DNA from: Eledone cirrhosa
Taxonomy: Eukaryota
Direction: 5' to 3'
Length of the DNA: 64,000 bases
Assembly: GCA_964016885.1 (NCBI GenBank)
Contig: OZ024743.1
Location: forward strand, 267,034,001 to 267,098,000
Shown here: piece by piece, positions 1 to 14,373 of the stretch
Layout: each line of letters begins with the position of its first letter
Position numbering within the stretch: the stretch's first letter is position 1
The notes under the pieces: generated by a model
Seen by the model: the letters and a program-made list of their open reading frames with translations, nothing else
Database searches by the model: none
Told to the model about the DNA's origin: nothing
Translations under genes and position numbers: made by a program

Positions 1-572
1 TTGTTTACTTTGCACAGGTGCCAGTGGATCACCCTGCCCATCACATCGTGTCTCCAACCCTTATAGTGGGTCTGGGCTAGGTGTTTACACTCGGACACAA
101 TGTGAGCCACAGTCTCCTCTCTCTCTCCACAGATCCTGCACAGTGGGCTAACCTCCTCCTTGTAGATATGGTGCTTCAACCACTTCGTTTTGAGGGCCTG
201 CTCCTGCGCAGCCATTAGCATTCCTTCTGTAGCCTTTTTGAGGTCTCCTCTTCTCAACCAGTTCCATGTCTGTGGATCTCTAAATTCAGTTTTCTCAAAG
301 AAGGTACTATGAAGGGATTTTCCCTTAAGGCTGCTCTTCCTCTTTGATGTTATTTCCTCCTTGGACATCCCCTGGCCTACTGTCCCCCCCTTCAGTACAG
401 TTCTGAGCATTGGCTCCTTACTATAGGTCACGTATTTGTCTAGATTGTTTTTCTCCATCTGAACACAGTCCTCTATGCTGATAAGACCTCTTCCACCCTC
501 AGATCTCCTTAGGTAGAGTCTATCGACATCACTCCTCTTGTGGAACATGTTGTAGATAGTCAATAGCTTCCT
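1..572 (-). mobile_element. 5'-truncated R4/Dong-clade LINE fragment, running off the window edge
   Basis: Reverse complement aligns by eye to ~42335-42905 of the long RLE LINE in this window (region encoding RKLFTIYNMF...SDVDRLYL...EGGRGL...CRICGE...RHD). The truncated 5' end abuts (TTA)n at 573. Confidence 0.9.
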
Positions 573-576
573 AATT

Positions 577-607
<31 letters not shown>

Positions 608-630
608 TTGTTTTTATTATTATTATTATT
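573..630. repeat. (TTA)n microsatellite, probable Dong target
   Basis: Imperfect TTA run directly adjoining the LINE fragment. Confidence 0.9.
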
Positions 631-779
631 TCTATTATGTTCCACCATTTTTATCTGAGACTATTTTATCTCAAACCATTTTATCTGAGACATTAACATT
701 AAATACATGCTAAAAATACACTAGTGAATATTCTCAGGAAATAGTAACTTATAAACAAAAATGGCCTTGTTACGAGTTA

Positions 780-1210
780 GACAACATCACAATCATCGTT
801 ATCATCAACATCATGTTTTTGTTATCATCATAAACATCATCATCACCCTCATCATTATCATCACCATCATCACTATCTTCATTCTCATCATCATCATGAA
901 ATCATCATCACCATTATTATCATCGTCATCTTTTTTATCAACATCATCACCAGCAACACTGGGACCACCACCAGAAGCACTGGGACCACCACCAATAAAA
1001 GAACCACCACCAACACTAGAACCACCACCCTCACTACTCTCATCATCATCATCATTTCCATCATCATCTTAATCATTGACCTCCCCCACTACAACCGCCA
1101 TCACCCAAACCTATATACCACCATCTACCTATATACAATACAACAACAATAACAGTACTACTATTAATAATCCTTATTATCATCAGCATCATGAACATCA
1201 TCTTCATAAT
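780..1210. repeat. (ATC)n/(ACC)n low-complexity tract
   Basis: Degenerate trinucleotide repeats that explain ORFs 761..1072 and 894..1076. Confidence 0.85.
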
Positions 1211-1461
1211 TATTTCTGTGTCTATTATTTTTTTTTTGTAACGTTATTGCTAGCAATCTTAATTTGAAATTGAGTTAAACCGACATTGTTGAACTTCTGA
1301 CAGTTTTGACCTTCCAAAGAAATAATTCATATTGCAATTTTACTCTTATTTTGCTCGACATAAAACAAATCAAAACCTCGACGTCTATGTGTAATTTAGC
1401 TTTTGGTTTAATCATAAATAAAAAGACTACACCACTCCAAGATATCAACTGATAAACTCTC

Positions 1462-1492
<31 letters not shown>

Positions 1493-1876
1493 GTGACAGA
1501 GAGTGTCATTCAGACTAAATATAGAGAGAGAGATATAGACAATTTAAAGATATACATACATAGATATATTCAATTCACAAACTCATTGCATGTAGACATA
1601 ATAGATGAAGCTTATGATAGACAGCAAGAAAGAAAAAAAGCAGGTTAGTTTCGTTAACCTGTGGATTTCCTGGTCGACACTTACGTAACGCATTTCTGTC
1701 AGCACCTTGTAACTATTTTTTCGATTGTTTGTATTTCTGCCGGTTGTACAAGTCGCCTTCTTTGAAATTACAGATATACTTATGTGTATAATTTAATTCA
1801 ACCCCAACACATTCACTATTAATATCGAGGTTAGTACATGAATTAAGTTCATCTTCGTTCGTTACGTGTGATTTAT

Positions 1877-2030
1877 TGGCAGTGTCGTTAGAGCATAGGA
1901 GTAAACGCCTAGTGGTCTTTGCTGTGGCTCTCTGATGCCCGAGTTCAACTTCTAGTGTGGTGAAATTTTTCTTTCAGTCATTCGAGGTAGACAAAATAAA
2001 ATATCGTTCAAAGTCCCTGGATTTACATAA
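1877..2030 (+). mobile_element. Degenerate tRNA-derived SINE
   Basis: GGCAG..TCGTTAGAGC head, B-box-like GAGTTCAA, and CTTTCA..TTCGAGGT.GA.AAAATAAA core resembling the SINE at 54417. Confidence 0.6.
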
Positions 2031-2439
2031 TTGATAGAGTGTCAAAATACTTATTTTGTGGTTTCTGCTCTGACTATGTGCATCCTGTGCCCCAATCTCA
2101 ATGTGGCTATCTTGGTGTTAGACATAATCTATCACCAAGTTTAACACCATTATTTATGATTTTGTTGTATCAGTGAAGTCTACTTTGTTGCAAACATTCA
2201 TGCTAGGTCTCTGGTCTGATAATAATCTCCTCCTTCCTCGACTCTAGAAAGCTATGTCGGAAGACGCACAGACTCCAAGAGTTATGAATATAATCATAAC
2301 TCTTGGAGCAGCGTGGATCGGACAATTTCATACGATAATATTGTCCCGATAAACAAGGAAAACCATGAATATGTACGTAACTATAATCAAATTGAAATAT
2401 GAGGAGAATATTACCCCTTTGAAATATTTAATGCGGAGG

Positions 2440-2620
2440 TATTGTATATTCGTATGAATGCCCTCCACACACAAAATATAAGTACAAATTCAGTAGCTAT
2501 AATTAATAGAAAATATTCCCACTTATTCTCAGAGAGAGATATCTTTGACAGAACTGCTCCCTATTTCAACGAGGCGTTATCGGGAAGAGAATTTAGTGAG
2601 AAGCTAGTGCAGGTGAATCA
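2440..2620 (+). pseudogene. Penelope-like element (PLE) RT C-terminal relic
   Basis: LYIRMNALH...INRKYSHL...IFDRTAPYFNEALSGREFSEKL resembles the PLE thumb pattern YI..S.HP..IN.R.S....F...AP.YNEAL...GF..KL. Confidence 0.55.
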
Positions 2621-3049
2621 TCACGAGCTCCAAAATTTAAGGCTGCGGACAACAACATAAATTAGTTCTGTGTTCATTCAATATGTATTCAGGAACATTC
2701 ATAATAAGGAGGCACGTCAAAAAAACTCATTAAAGCAGTATTAACTTAATGTGCATGTTAAAGTGGTTAGCTACTCTCATTTGGCGAGCTATACTTGCAG
2801 TATAGCTCGTTATTACAGAAAAGAATGCCCACGTACAGAAATTCCTCGCCAAACCTCATGTATATCACTGTTCTTGGGTCACGTTTGTAATAATATTTCA
2901 TTCTTGTTTGGCTATATATCACTAGGTCATTTTTTCGTTTTGGTGCATGTCTGTATCTATACATAAATATTTAAATAATGCACCTAAAATCCAAGTTGTG
3001 TTATTGTAGAAATACATATATACACCATCACAGAACATATATATAATAT

Positions 3050-3117
<68 letters not shown>

Positions 3118-3805
3118 TGGGCGTAAATAAATAAAGTGATACATAGATAGATAGATGTAATTTTTAAACTCATCATTTTGAAATACAAGTAGGCATGTAC
3201 ATATAAGTTTATTTGATATGAAATTTGTTTAATTTCGTTTCGTTTTCGCATTAGGTATTATTCGTGTAAATAAGAAATAGAATTAAGAATTTACTTGCAT
3301 CAACATATCAGTTGAATATAAATTAAAGAGGAATACTAAGCGAAACAGCCGTCATCAAAAAGACACGCACACAAACACAGACACAGACACATACACACAC
3401 ACAGACACACACACATACACACACACACATACAGAGCCTCTCTGATCTAGTTTGTAAGTTAAAAACGGAAGTTATCTCTATATGTTCACGGTGAAATCTT
3501 CTATTATATGATCAGTCCCAACATAAATATTTATTATTTAATCACTTACGTCGCCATACGTATGCATGTTATGCAAATTAGACTGACCAGTTCAGCTATA
3601 TGTTCCACGTGATATAAATTATAATGTAATATATATAGAAATATATAGAGCTATAGAGATGGGCAGGCAAACAGACCAAGCCTTAAGGAGTGCTACAAAG
3701 ATCACCATGCGCTTCCACTATAATCAGTTCAAAGCTAATTTAGAGAAATTAGGAGCATAAAATATTCAATTTTAGGTTTAATCAATTCATATAGAATATT
3801 TATAG

Positions 3806-3869
<64 letters not shown>

Positions 3870-4071
3870 AAAGAATAGAGGTGTAACAGATTAGAGCAAA
3901 CATCACGGGCGCTCTATCTCAAAATTATTTTTGAAAAGCATTAGAAATGCGCAACCGGTAAAACTTAAAACCAAAACTGAATAATAACCAATACTATTAC
4001 TAATTTTTACTTATTCCTAATTAAACTATTTTTCACTGGGAACAATTTGTCAGCATTTTCTTTTCCTTTTA

Positions 4072-4124
<53 letters not shown>

Positions 4125-4354
4125 CGTTTCTGAATTTGTTTAGCAAGATTCTTTATCTGAAATCGTGTGTTGAAACCGATATTGTTATACTTTGGGAGGG
4201 TCATGTTGCCAATAAGAAACACACGCACCAGTTGCTTTCACTTCAATTTATTATATATTTATAAATCTATAAATTTACAAATTTACAAATTTACAAACCT
4301 ATAAATTTCTGGTTGGTTGGTTGGTTCCACAACCAGATAGTTGTTTATATATAT

Positions 4355-4399
4355 AGTCATAGTCCTTTCGTCACACACTCTGTGACCTCTTCAGTGACT
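4355..4399 (-). ncRNA. Minimal type I hammerhead ribozyme motif
   Basis: Minus strand: AGTCA-CTGAAGA-G-GTCAC(agagtgt)GTGAC-GAAA-G-GA-C-TA-TGACT. Stems I and II pair; predicted cleavage after CUA. Confidence 0.7.
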
Positions 4400-6183
4400 G
4401 GGGATTCCTTTCTTCGTTTCTGTGCCTTTCCTTTCTTCTATCCTACGCCAAATGTAAGCAAAGGATTATTGTGTTAAGGAAGTGAGCTGCAATGTCCACT
4501 TTATCCATTGGATCAGACTTTCAGTTGAAGTGCGTCACCACCCATCAGTTGGATATATTATCTATACCTCCACGACAGTTTGATCAAATCTATTTCGACT
4601 CGCTATTTTGTGTCCATGGATATCTGTAATTCCTGGATATCTGTAATTCTTCAAGTGTTTATTCGAAATATGAACATGTATTTCTACACAAATAATGAGC
4701 TATGAATTACTGAGATGAAACTTGAAACTGTAATTGTAGGGTGTTCCATAGTGCTCAATTTACTTATTGGAAAAATATTTTGCAATGAATAACAACGGCC
4801 GCTCACATCGAGGTTGTATTTATTTTTATCAACATTAAGAAAGATGTGCTGCTCAGAAATCGGATATAAGTGTACTTAAACATCTTAAAGAGCCCGACAC
4901 ACAATTGTTTACATCAGCTAGTGTTTCCCGTTAACCATAATTTCAGACAGTTGAAATCTTTAACATAGAGACAAGTTTTGCAGACAATTTAACAACTTCA
5001 TTTATGTACACATATTTAATATCCGTAATTTATATACTACGTTTTCGGACATTTAAATACTATATTTTATGTTCTTCTTATAAGATTTTTAATGTCAATA
5101 TTTTAGAAATGAAATTCACTGAAGTTTAATGGCTATATTTTATGTAAAAACTTTTATATAAATTTGAAGGCTATATTTGTCTTCAATCTGATATGCGCGG
5201 TAAACAAATGGAGAACGAAGAACGTAGCGGCATATACAAAAATAATTATAGAAATTGTTCATTTTATATCTAATGATGTAATGTATTTCAAACCAAAATA
5301 TATTTAATGGATTATTGTTGAAAACATATATTATATGTAAGATGTGTTTACCGATTACACAGGGAGAAATTACGTATCACATGCTCATATGATATATTGT
5401 AACCTAAGACTAACTAGTGGGAAATAACCAACGCGTGTATGCACAACCCAAGTTTACAAGGGTAGAAGAACTGTAAGAAACAGCTGCAAAATTCCACCCA
5501 AACCACACGGTGCCGTTTTAAAACGTATATAATAGAAAAAGGAATCCGGAATAAAATATATCTAAATAAGATGGTATGATGATAGTCGAATTGTTTCGTC
5601 CTATGTCGGAGAAATCATACCCGAAGAATCAAATCCCCTTTCTAGTTCACCTGCCATTACTTTTTCCGCATGATCTAGGTAGATTTATAAATTTGTATTT
5701 AATTGTTAACGTCCACAGTATCTCAAATGACATCTATCATAGCCACGTGCATACATAATCCGGCCTATAAAAGAAGAAATCATGAAGACATTTGTTCTAT
5801 AGAATGGAAAAAACATTATTGTGCTGAAAGGTGTTCCCTATGCAGTATATATTCAACGGAGTTCATTAAACGACAGATTCAATCAGTATTCAATCTTTCC
5901 TGTTCCATGAAATAAATACAATAACATATTCCTGTCAATATATTCATTTTTCTATTATCACCTCGCACAAAATCATTCAAATCTGTGGTGTAGAAAGAGT
6001 TAACTCCATGTAGTCTTTCGATGGAGTGAGTTCAATTGAATCTGTAGGTAGCTGCCCTATATGCATTGAGGTATTTAATCACGTTCATTTACATTAAAAA
6101 TTAGATATTTATGATTAAGTACAGTGTGCTACTTTCATTTACGAGCTGAATCTAGGAATGACATTTTTATACATAATGATTCC

Positions 6184-6259
<76 letters not shown>

Positions 6260-6289
6260 ATTTAATACTTCACTATTCACAAGTGTTTT

Positions 6290-6410
6290 TTAACCTTCAT
6301 ATCATGTATCCCTATTTTATCTGATGAAAACGCAAATGTCATCTCATGATGATATTTGTTTTTGAAATACTTGGAACTCTTTTAACCATCTTTTGATCTT
6401 ATATTATTTA
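6290..6410 (+). repeat. HHR-bearing dispersed repeat, copy lacking stem III
   Basis: CTGATGA-AAACGCAAATGTC...GATATTTGTTTTT-GAAA. Same family as 53960-54120 (minus) but missing the TGCGCATA segment. Confidence 0.6.
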
Positions 6411-6490
6411 TACTCCAGTCCTACAAACTGTAGAGTGCTACTTATCCGATATTTGCATTGCTTTATTGTACTACAATAAAACTCACCTCC

Positions 6491-6537
<47 letters not shown>

Positions 6538-6929
6538 TCCCTCATCTACGTGAGAATCAGTATAATAGAAACAGTTATTTACAGATCTTTTGGTACATCT
6601 AATAACTCATACCCCTTTTGGTCAAATTTATTTTTCAGGGTTCACCAAGCCAATACGTGTAATATACACAACTGTTATAAAATCGTTATAAAAATAATTC
6701 GATATTAACATCAACTGGAGATATGCAAAGTCACTACGTAAATCAACTGATTTAGATTTCCAGCCACGAAATTCAAATAAGGAAAGCCAATAAAGTCACT
6801 TGAACAAATAGAAATAGCAAAGAAATCTTCAAGATCTGATACATTTTACGAATGAATCATGCATTGAATAATAGGATCTTAGATAAACAATATATTAGAT
6901 ACTAAGGAGTCTATCTGGAATATCTCAAA

Positions 6930-7100
6930 AGTTTGCATGATCTGGGTTCACACATTGTTTACTTTGTGCGTATGTTGGTTCTGACAACAAACGTTCTATT
7001 TGTAGGTCAAGGAAACAGACTGTTAGCGGGCAATTAGCTAAGCATTCTTGAGACTCGTGAAACTTTAAAGTAATTGTCAGGGTGACACAGTATGAGAAAT
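6930..7100 (-). pseudogene. Possible PLE RT relic
   Basis: TLKFHESQ...TVCFLDLQI resembles the PLE LKFT.E....L.FLD motif; heavily decayed. Confidence 0.3.
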
Positions 7101-7871
7101 GTATTACATGCCTGGGTCTGAAGCAATATGAAAAGAAGATGCCATTGGGAATCGAACTCACATGTACCTGATCACGTGCTTTCATTTTATCGATTTCGGA
7201 TGGATAAGCGTATAGGTGGCCTTCATGAGATTTCAACGGAGAACATACAGAATTGGAATGAAATAACGCATAGTCCAACGCTCTACCAATAATGTTTATC
7301 TACCGACTTAATAAAATACAGTGGAAATGTAAACCGGATAAGAAATGTCGAGGGGAAAATACAGTGAGAGAGACTGTGTGTGTGAAAGAGACATATATAT
7401 CACCATGATAAATAACTACCCAGCTTTCACGCTAATACTTCAAGCTTGTTGCCAACCATTGTTGATGACACCGTTCGGAAACCAAGATGATTCATGTTTG
7501 GCAGAATTATACGTGAACCGATCTGTTCGTGATGAGAAGCCTTCCCGAACGGAGGTTCCACTGTATTCATTTCGTATTTCATGTAATATAGATTATCTCC
7601 ACAGTGAAAGGGCTCTAAATTCTTATAATATCGTTGCATAATAAATACTTTAGTGCTCTGTCCTAAATATTTTTCAGTATTTTTTATCTTTTAGTGCATC
7701 TCCATTCGGAGGTTAAATTCAGGGAGGGGGTGGGTTACGTTTTCCTTTCATCTCTACAGGTCGATGTAATTCGATTATAACCATTTTTAACTGTCTAACG
7801 ATGTAAGACGATACGATGTTAGTAAGAACAGGATCTAGAAGGAAATATTTCCATTATACTATTTGTCTTCA

Positions 7872-7912
<41 letters not shown>

Positions 7913-7915
7913 TTA

Positions 7916-7989
<74 letters not shown>

Positions 7990-10059
7990 TAGAGGGAGAG
8001 AGATAGAAATTAAGGAGATGTGTGGTCGAGTGGTTAGGGTGCATTTCTCACAATCGTAATATATAATGTATGAGCACTAGATCGGACGAATTGGCTTTGA
8101 ATAACTTAATTTCATGTAGCTCTCTACAACTTTGTTGAAAATGAGTACCGGTAGCATTTGAGTTCCAAGTAATGATAAAGTTGTCTCGACGTAAAACACG
8201 GATAAATTCCCATTCACATGAAGTCGGAATGTGCTCCAGCTTGTTGAGACTCAAGAATCGGGAATTAAAATTTGAAACTTTCTAGATTATGGAATTGAGT
8301 TTGATACGAATAAGGCTGGGGTTTATAACATAAGATTTACTAATATAGAATTATGGCATTTACTGCATTTCCGAACACAGTTGGTCTTGTGTTTAAGTAA
8401 GTAATAAATAATTTACTTGGAACTATAATATCCTAGATTGATATATGAACCACAGCAATCGCTAATAAACATTTCACCAAAAATGTAATTTAGAAATATA
8501 AATTTCTAATACTATTCAATTATTTTCTTCTTAAATACTAACATATTGAAAATGAAAAACTAAACGTACATTCAAAGAAGAAAAGTTTTTTGCTAAACTT
8601 ATTTCATACCAAATCAACTGAAATCGATCCTAGCTCTGTGATACTAAGCTGATTATTTTTAAATGTTTACATTTATTTAAATATATTCAACATGATGTTA
8701 TGTAAAAACATCAGTTGTGTTACACATACTAGGCAAATGATGAGAAAGTTAGTTATAGTACAAAATGCTCTAAAAATTCTCGATTAGTTTCAGAATTATT
8801 TCAAAGTCATGGGTTATTCATTAAATTATCGTGTCGAAGTTGTTAATCAAACTTCAGGCCTCAGATATTCCCTTCGTAATTTTATACTCGTTCCCCAATA
8901 CACAAAACAATTTTCAGAACATCTTAATAAAGCTACCCCACTATCTTAAGAAATATATTACTTCACTCTGTCAGAAAGAAATATACAATACATATCAGAA
9001 AGAAATATACAATACATACACAAGTAGAATTTATTGTCATTTTTACATTTACATAAATAGCTGCAAGCATTATTCGAGGATTTATATGACAAATCGTAAT
9101 AATGAAAGAAGATCAACAGAAACACTCCGATCAAACACACAATATCCGTCTCCTCACTGGTAATTATTAGACTATTCAGTAGTATGAGGGAAACGAAAGG
9201 GGAGCCTTTGTCTGCAGGGTTGATCTGCGAGAATTAGCAGTGGTATATTCCTCAAAAACCTTGCCAAGTACTGGGGTCGATTCTTCCTCTATATGTCTTT
9301 CTCATTTCTTCTCCGTCATGTTCTATCTTTCTCTGGAAGAAATCTACTGTACTATGGCCTGGAAAGGGGTGGGCTGCGCCAGACTTAAAATGCCCAAGAA
9401 ACGTCATATGTCATTACGGCACCCCTACGACTCTATCAGGAGTTACGGGACCATGTATACATACATATCCCTCAAATTACACTCCACCTACTTAAACAAA
9501 AGAAAATATTCGATAATATTACCTGCACTATGCCTGACAAAAAAGAGAAGGTCCACCTGTTTAGCTACAGCTGATCTGATGCTAAAAAAGCTACGTACAG
9601 AAACAGACTGGACTCTTGAAACTTATAAAATATCCAAATCGTCATATTTTTCTTTCATTGCATGCTGTAATGGTGATGATGTGCTCTTCAATAAGTGTGT
9701 GTTTTAGTCATATCTGAAACATTGAACCTGTAGATATTACAGCTATTCCGACTCGAAACTATGTAATAAAAACAACCACAATGGTGAAGATGACAACATC
9801 AACAAAAGCAATGAAGACCACGAACACGACAACAAAGGTAATGTATTATTCCATTAACGGGAGGGATCTTTTTTCAGGCGTATTTGAACTTTGTACGATT
9901 TTATATTAAGTTGATCAAACATGATGCAATATATTTCTTGAACCTGCACAGTATAGTTTGATTCGGCAACTAATCATCTCACTTTATATACATTGTTTAA
10001 AAATATTAAAAGAGCAAATGAAGAAAAAATAAATATAAATAAGATGAGATAACTAGACT

Positions 10060-10088
10060 ATCATATACAAACCAAAATATTATATATT

Positions 10089-10150
<62 letters not shown>

Positions 10151-10172
10151 TATGTATATATATATATATTTT

Positions 10173-10204
<32 letters not shown>

Positions 10205-10233
10205 AATATATAATATTTTGGTTTGTATATGAT
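10060..10233. repeat. Inverted repeat centred on (TA)n
   Basis: ATCATATACAAACCAAAATATTATATATTTATATGTGTATA ... TATACACATATAAATATATAATATTTTGGTTTGTATATGAT. Confidence 0.85.
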
Positions 10234-10921
10234 ATATATATACACATATATATATATATGTGTGTGTATGTGTGTCTGTGTGTGTGTGTGTAACATATGT
10301 ATGTATAAACTACACTTAATATAAGTTCTTTGATTTTGCAGTGAAATGTTGTATACTATAATGATATTGAATATATAGAATTGGCTGACATAGCCGTTCT
10401 TTCCCGACTCTCTAAGGAAACAGTTTGATGTCTATAGATGATAAATGATACAAGACATAAGAAAGTTTGCATAAAGCTCTCGGTGTCTTAGAGAAACTAT
10501 GATATATCGCGCATTGTTCAATATCGTTTCAGGCGTCATTCTCTAAAAGAACCTCTTATGATCCCACGTCATTCATCTTTAATAAGTGTGACACATTTAT
10601 TTGCGGGGAAGTATTGTTGTTGTTGATGGTTTATCTTTATTTTTTATTTCGTTGTTTATTTATTTATTATACGTCACTTTATAGTAGCTGTTATAGGATG
10701 ATATAATTTTTGGTTCGTATTATCGTTCTCGTGTTCCTAGTTGATCTTGTTACTGTCGTATTTGAGGCTGTTATTGTATTTGATTTGAGTTAGTCTATAG
10801 AATTATGTATAATTTTGATTTCTTTTATATACATATTTATACACATACAAACTTACATTACACACACACACACATAAACACACACACACATACACACACA
10901 TATATATATATATATATACAC

Positions 10922-10998
<77 letters not shown>

Positions 10999-12276
10999 GG
11001 TGTTTGTGTTTATGATTATTATTGCTTAGCCTCAGGTCAGTACTGAGCAAAGTTGATAAAGCGTGACTATTTGAATTTTCGTGCAAATTTCTGAAGATGA
11101 ACATTTTTTGACAATTTCTAGCAGGTTTCCTAGCTGGTCGTTATTTGCCAGTCATTTATTTGTCAAGTTGTTATTATTGATCTAATGGATACTATTTAAA
11201 TTGGGAACAACCTTCAAGTGTACCGTTAGTACTGTTGTTTGTGCTGTTCAGCGTATTGGGTTGTTAAAGATATCCAACATATTTCTATTGATGTTGCTGT
11301 TGTTTTGTTGCTGGTTTGTATGTTGATGCAATATTGTTACTTATCACTCGTGATGGCTAGTGTTTTACAGTTCTTTGAAAATCCTGCTCGTATAAATATG
11401 TCATCAGTGATTTTCCAACCATGACAATCCTATTTTATTTTCAGACATATCTCGCATCCTTTTCCTTTCTTGGTATGCTGTTATCTGAAAGTGATTTAAG
11501 TACTATCTATCAGGACGAGCGACCACGCAGAGACAAACTCGTCTGAATGAACGTCCATATTATTTATTGTTGTGTAACTCTATGTCAGCTCACAGTCATT
11601 TCTATGCCCACGGGGCACCTGTTGAAAGACTAGGCACGACTGGAAGGAAAATATTTTTAATATATTTACTCAACCTCTGTCTCATTTGAGCCGTTAAAAC
11701 GGTGGATTAAATGCCCCGGTATTTGTTTCGACTCTCTTCGCCAATTTATCTCTCATCATTTCGGGGTCGATAAATAAATTTAAGATCAAGTACGATACAC
11801 TAGAGGAATCGTTAATGAATTGAAGAAAAGACGGTGTGTAGCGCTCTTTAGGGCCCGACGTATTGAGATATATATGATGAAAAGAAAAATATTGCCCTAG
11901 TGATGATGGCATGTTTAAAGAATGAGAGAAAAAAAAAATGTCAGCATATAAATACTCCCCACCCCCAACAAAATAAAATTGAAAACAAATGACATTATTG
12001 AATAACACCTGTCCTATAAAACAAGATGGTGTAAGACAGAACAATGGAGAGACACAAAATAAAAACCTAGTCCCCGAGGAAGTCACAGATTATGGGACGA
12101 AAGAGCTTTGACAATATATAAACAAGATTCCGGTTATTGAACAACCAACCAACCGGAAACTTATAATAAATTGAAGTGAAAACCAACAAGTGCGTGCGTT
12201 TTTATTGGCAGCATAACCCTCCCCAAGTAAGACAATATCTATCTATCAATCTATCTATATATGTATATCTATCTAT

Positions 12277-12341
<65 letters not shown>

Positions 12342-12343
12342 CC

Positions 12344-12407
<64 letters not shown>

Positions 12408-12409
12408 GT

Positions 12410-12485
<76 letters not shown>

Positions 12486-12489
<4 letters not shown>

Positions 12490-12856
12490 TTTTCAGTGCG
12501 CCCGGCCGATTAACTCACTCGATATGCAAATTAGGCTGCTCAGCCGTTAATATGCATAAGGGAAATATATACTTTCAGGCGTTCACTCATCTGGCAGGAA
12601 GGTATACGGTGCTGACGATAGCTAATAAGCTTGAAACTAGTACATCGTTCCTTTGTCAGTGTTGAACAAAAGGGCAACGAAGGTTGCTAAACACTGTACG
12701 GCTTAATTCGGGATGTGTATTTACAAACAAACCGAGCATTATAATAAATGTTCGGTAAATCCATACGTATATATATATATATATGTGTGCATGTGTGTAT
12801 ATATATATATACATACTACTGTACGTATGTATACATATATGTTTGTACATATACAT
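12486..12856 (+). mobile_element. Retrozyme-like repeat monomer (HHR family 1)
   Basis: Highly similar to the units at 62838-63650 and, in reverse, 61021-61555. Octamer at 12524-12531 and HHR at 12606-12648. Confidence 0.75.
12606..12648 (+). ncRNA. Minimal type I hammerhead ribozyme
   Basis: ACGGTG-CTGACGA-T-AGCT(aata)AGCT-T-GAAA-CTAG-TA-CATCGT. Palindromic stem III ACTAGT; GUA cleavage triplet. Confidence 0.8.
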
Positions 12857-12935
12857 ACTGATTAATTCAATAGGAATATAGATATACATATACCTGTATC
12901 TATTATATATATAAATATAATCACAATACGATGTA

Positions 12936-12969
<34 letters not shown>

Positions 12970-13040
12970 TACATCGTATTGTGATTATATTCATATATAT
13001 AATAGATACAGATATATGTATATATATTGAATTAATCAGT
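12857..13040. repeat. ~180 bp palindrome centred on (TA)n
   Basis: ACTGATTAATTCAATA...ATCACAATACGATGTATGA(TA)nTCATACATCGTATTGTGAT...TATTGAATTAATCAGT. Confidence 0.9.
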
Positions 13041-13101
13041 TCCAATGTATTGAGTATATTATTTACTGTGGTTATCCCTGATTGAACCCGGGATTCATGT
13101 A

Positions 13102-13224
<123 letters not shown>

Positions 13225-13322
13225 TATTAGAAATGGAAGCTATCGCCGTATTTTGACTAAAGAAATTATTTACCCCAATAGTGGCGTTAAGAACACTCGG
13301 AGAAATGCAAACAGACGAGTAT

Positions 13323-13394
13323 TGACGTACATGGGAGTCGAACCCACATCTTTGGTTATCCAGACCACTGTGCTACCATTTACACCAACACATC
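13323..13394 (-). pseudogene. tRNA-like sequence (pseudogene or SINE head), nominal anticodon GGA
   Basis: GATGTGT-TG-GTGTAAATGGTAGCAC-A-GTGGT(CTGGATA)ACCAA-AGAT-GTGGG(TTCGACT)CCCAT-GTACGTC. A and B boxes are intact, the acceptor stem has three G-U pairs, and the long Ser variable arm is absent. Confidence 0.65.
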
Positions 13395-14258
13395 CGAGGG
13401 GGAACGATATTAGTCCGACTAAAAACTTTTCCCATCGGAAAAAACCCCAGTTGATGTATGCGAAATCCGAAATATAGGGACAATTAAATATCTTCCAAGC
13501 TAACTCTATCTTGTGTTATTATTTTTACACTCTTTCCTACGTTCCTCTACACCCTATACGTCTCATTCTACATTTCCTCTTACATCTCTTTCTTCACCAC
13601 CGGATTCTGTTACCCGGAGATTCACCCATCTGCATTGTTGGAGGCTACCAAACCGACCACATTTTTTATTATTCCACATTGTTTCAATCAAACTTCAATA
13701 CTCTCTTATTTATATATATATATATATATATGTACGTATAAATCTAAGGTTTTGTATGTGTGCAAATATATATATACACACGCATATATATATAGAGAGA
13801 GAGATAGAGAGATATACATATAACTGTTGGGTATGTGTCATCCATTCTTTGTTATTTTACAATTTGCTACGTTTCTTTATGTTATTCATTTTTCTATGAA
13901 GTATGTTCATATTTCGAACAACAAAACCAACGCATGATTAAATTAGATGTATCGTAAAGCGGTTTTAAGGACCACACATTTTGTTTTTGTAATCGTACTG
14001 TGTAGGTTTTATTTTAATTATATATGTTATCTTTTTGAAACGTTTATTATTTATTTCCTGCAATTTTCTTTATTATTTGTCACATTTGATTTTCTTTGTA
14101 TTTTTATCTTAAGTGTAGGTTCATGGGGTAGAAGAATGGGAGTGTTTAAAATCCAATTGACATTGTCTCTCTCTCCAGATAACTTGTCTCAATCAGCTAG
14201 TCTTTCTTCCTCTTCTCAGGATTAAACTCCGTTACGAAACTAACCCCTTCCCACTACA

Positions 14259-14373
<115 letters not shown>

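Noticed and set aside
761-1267. Pro/Ser/Ile-rich ORFs
   Set aside because: They derive from ATC/ACC repeats, with no domain or splice support.
8048-8254. 68-aa non-repetitive ORF
   Set aside because: No recognisable motif, non-ATG start and no clear exon boundaries.
11430-11550. Splice-acceptor-like site followed by a short open frame (similar sites near 7759, 21740 and 23586)
   Set aside because: No recognisable protein or consistent exon chain; a host gene cannot be supported, though not excluded.
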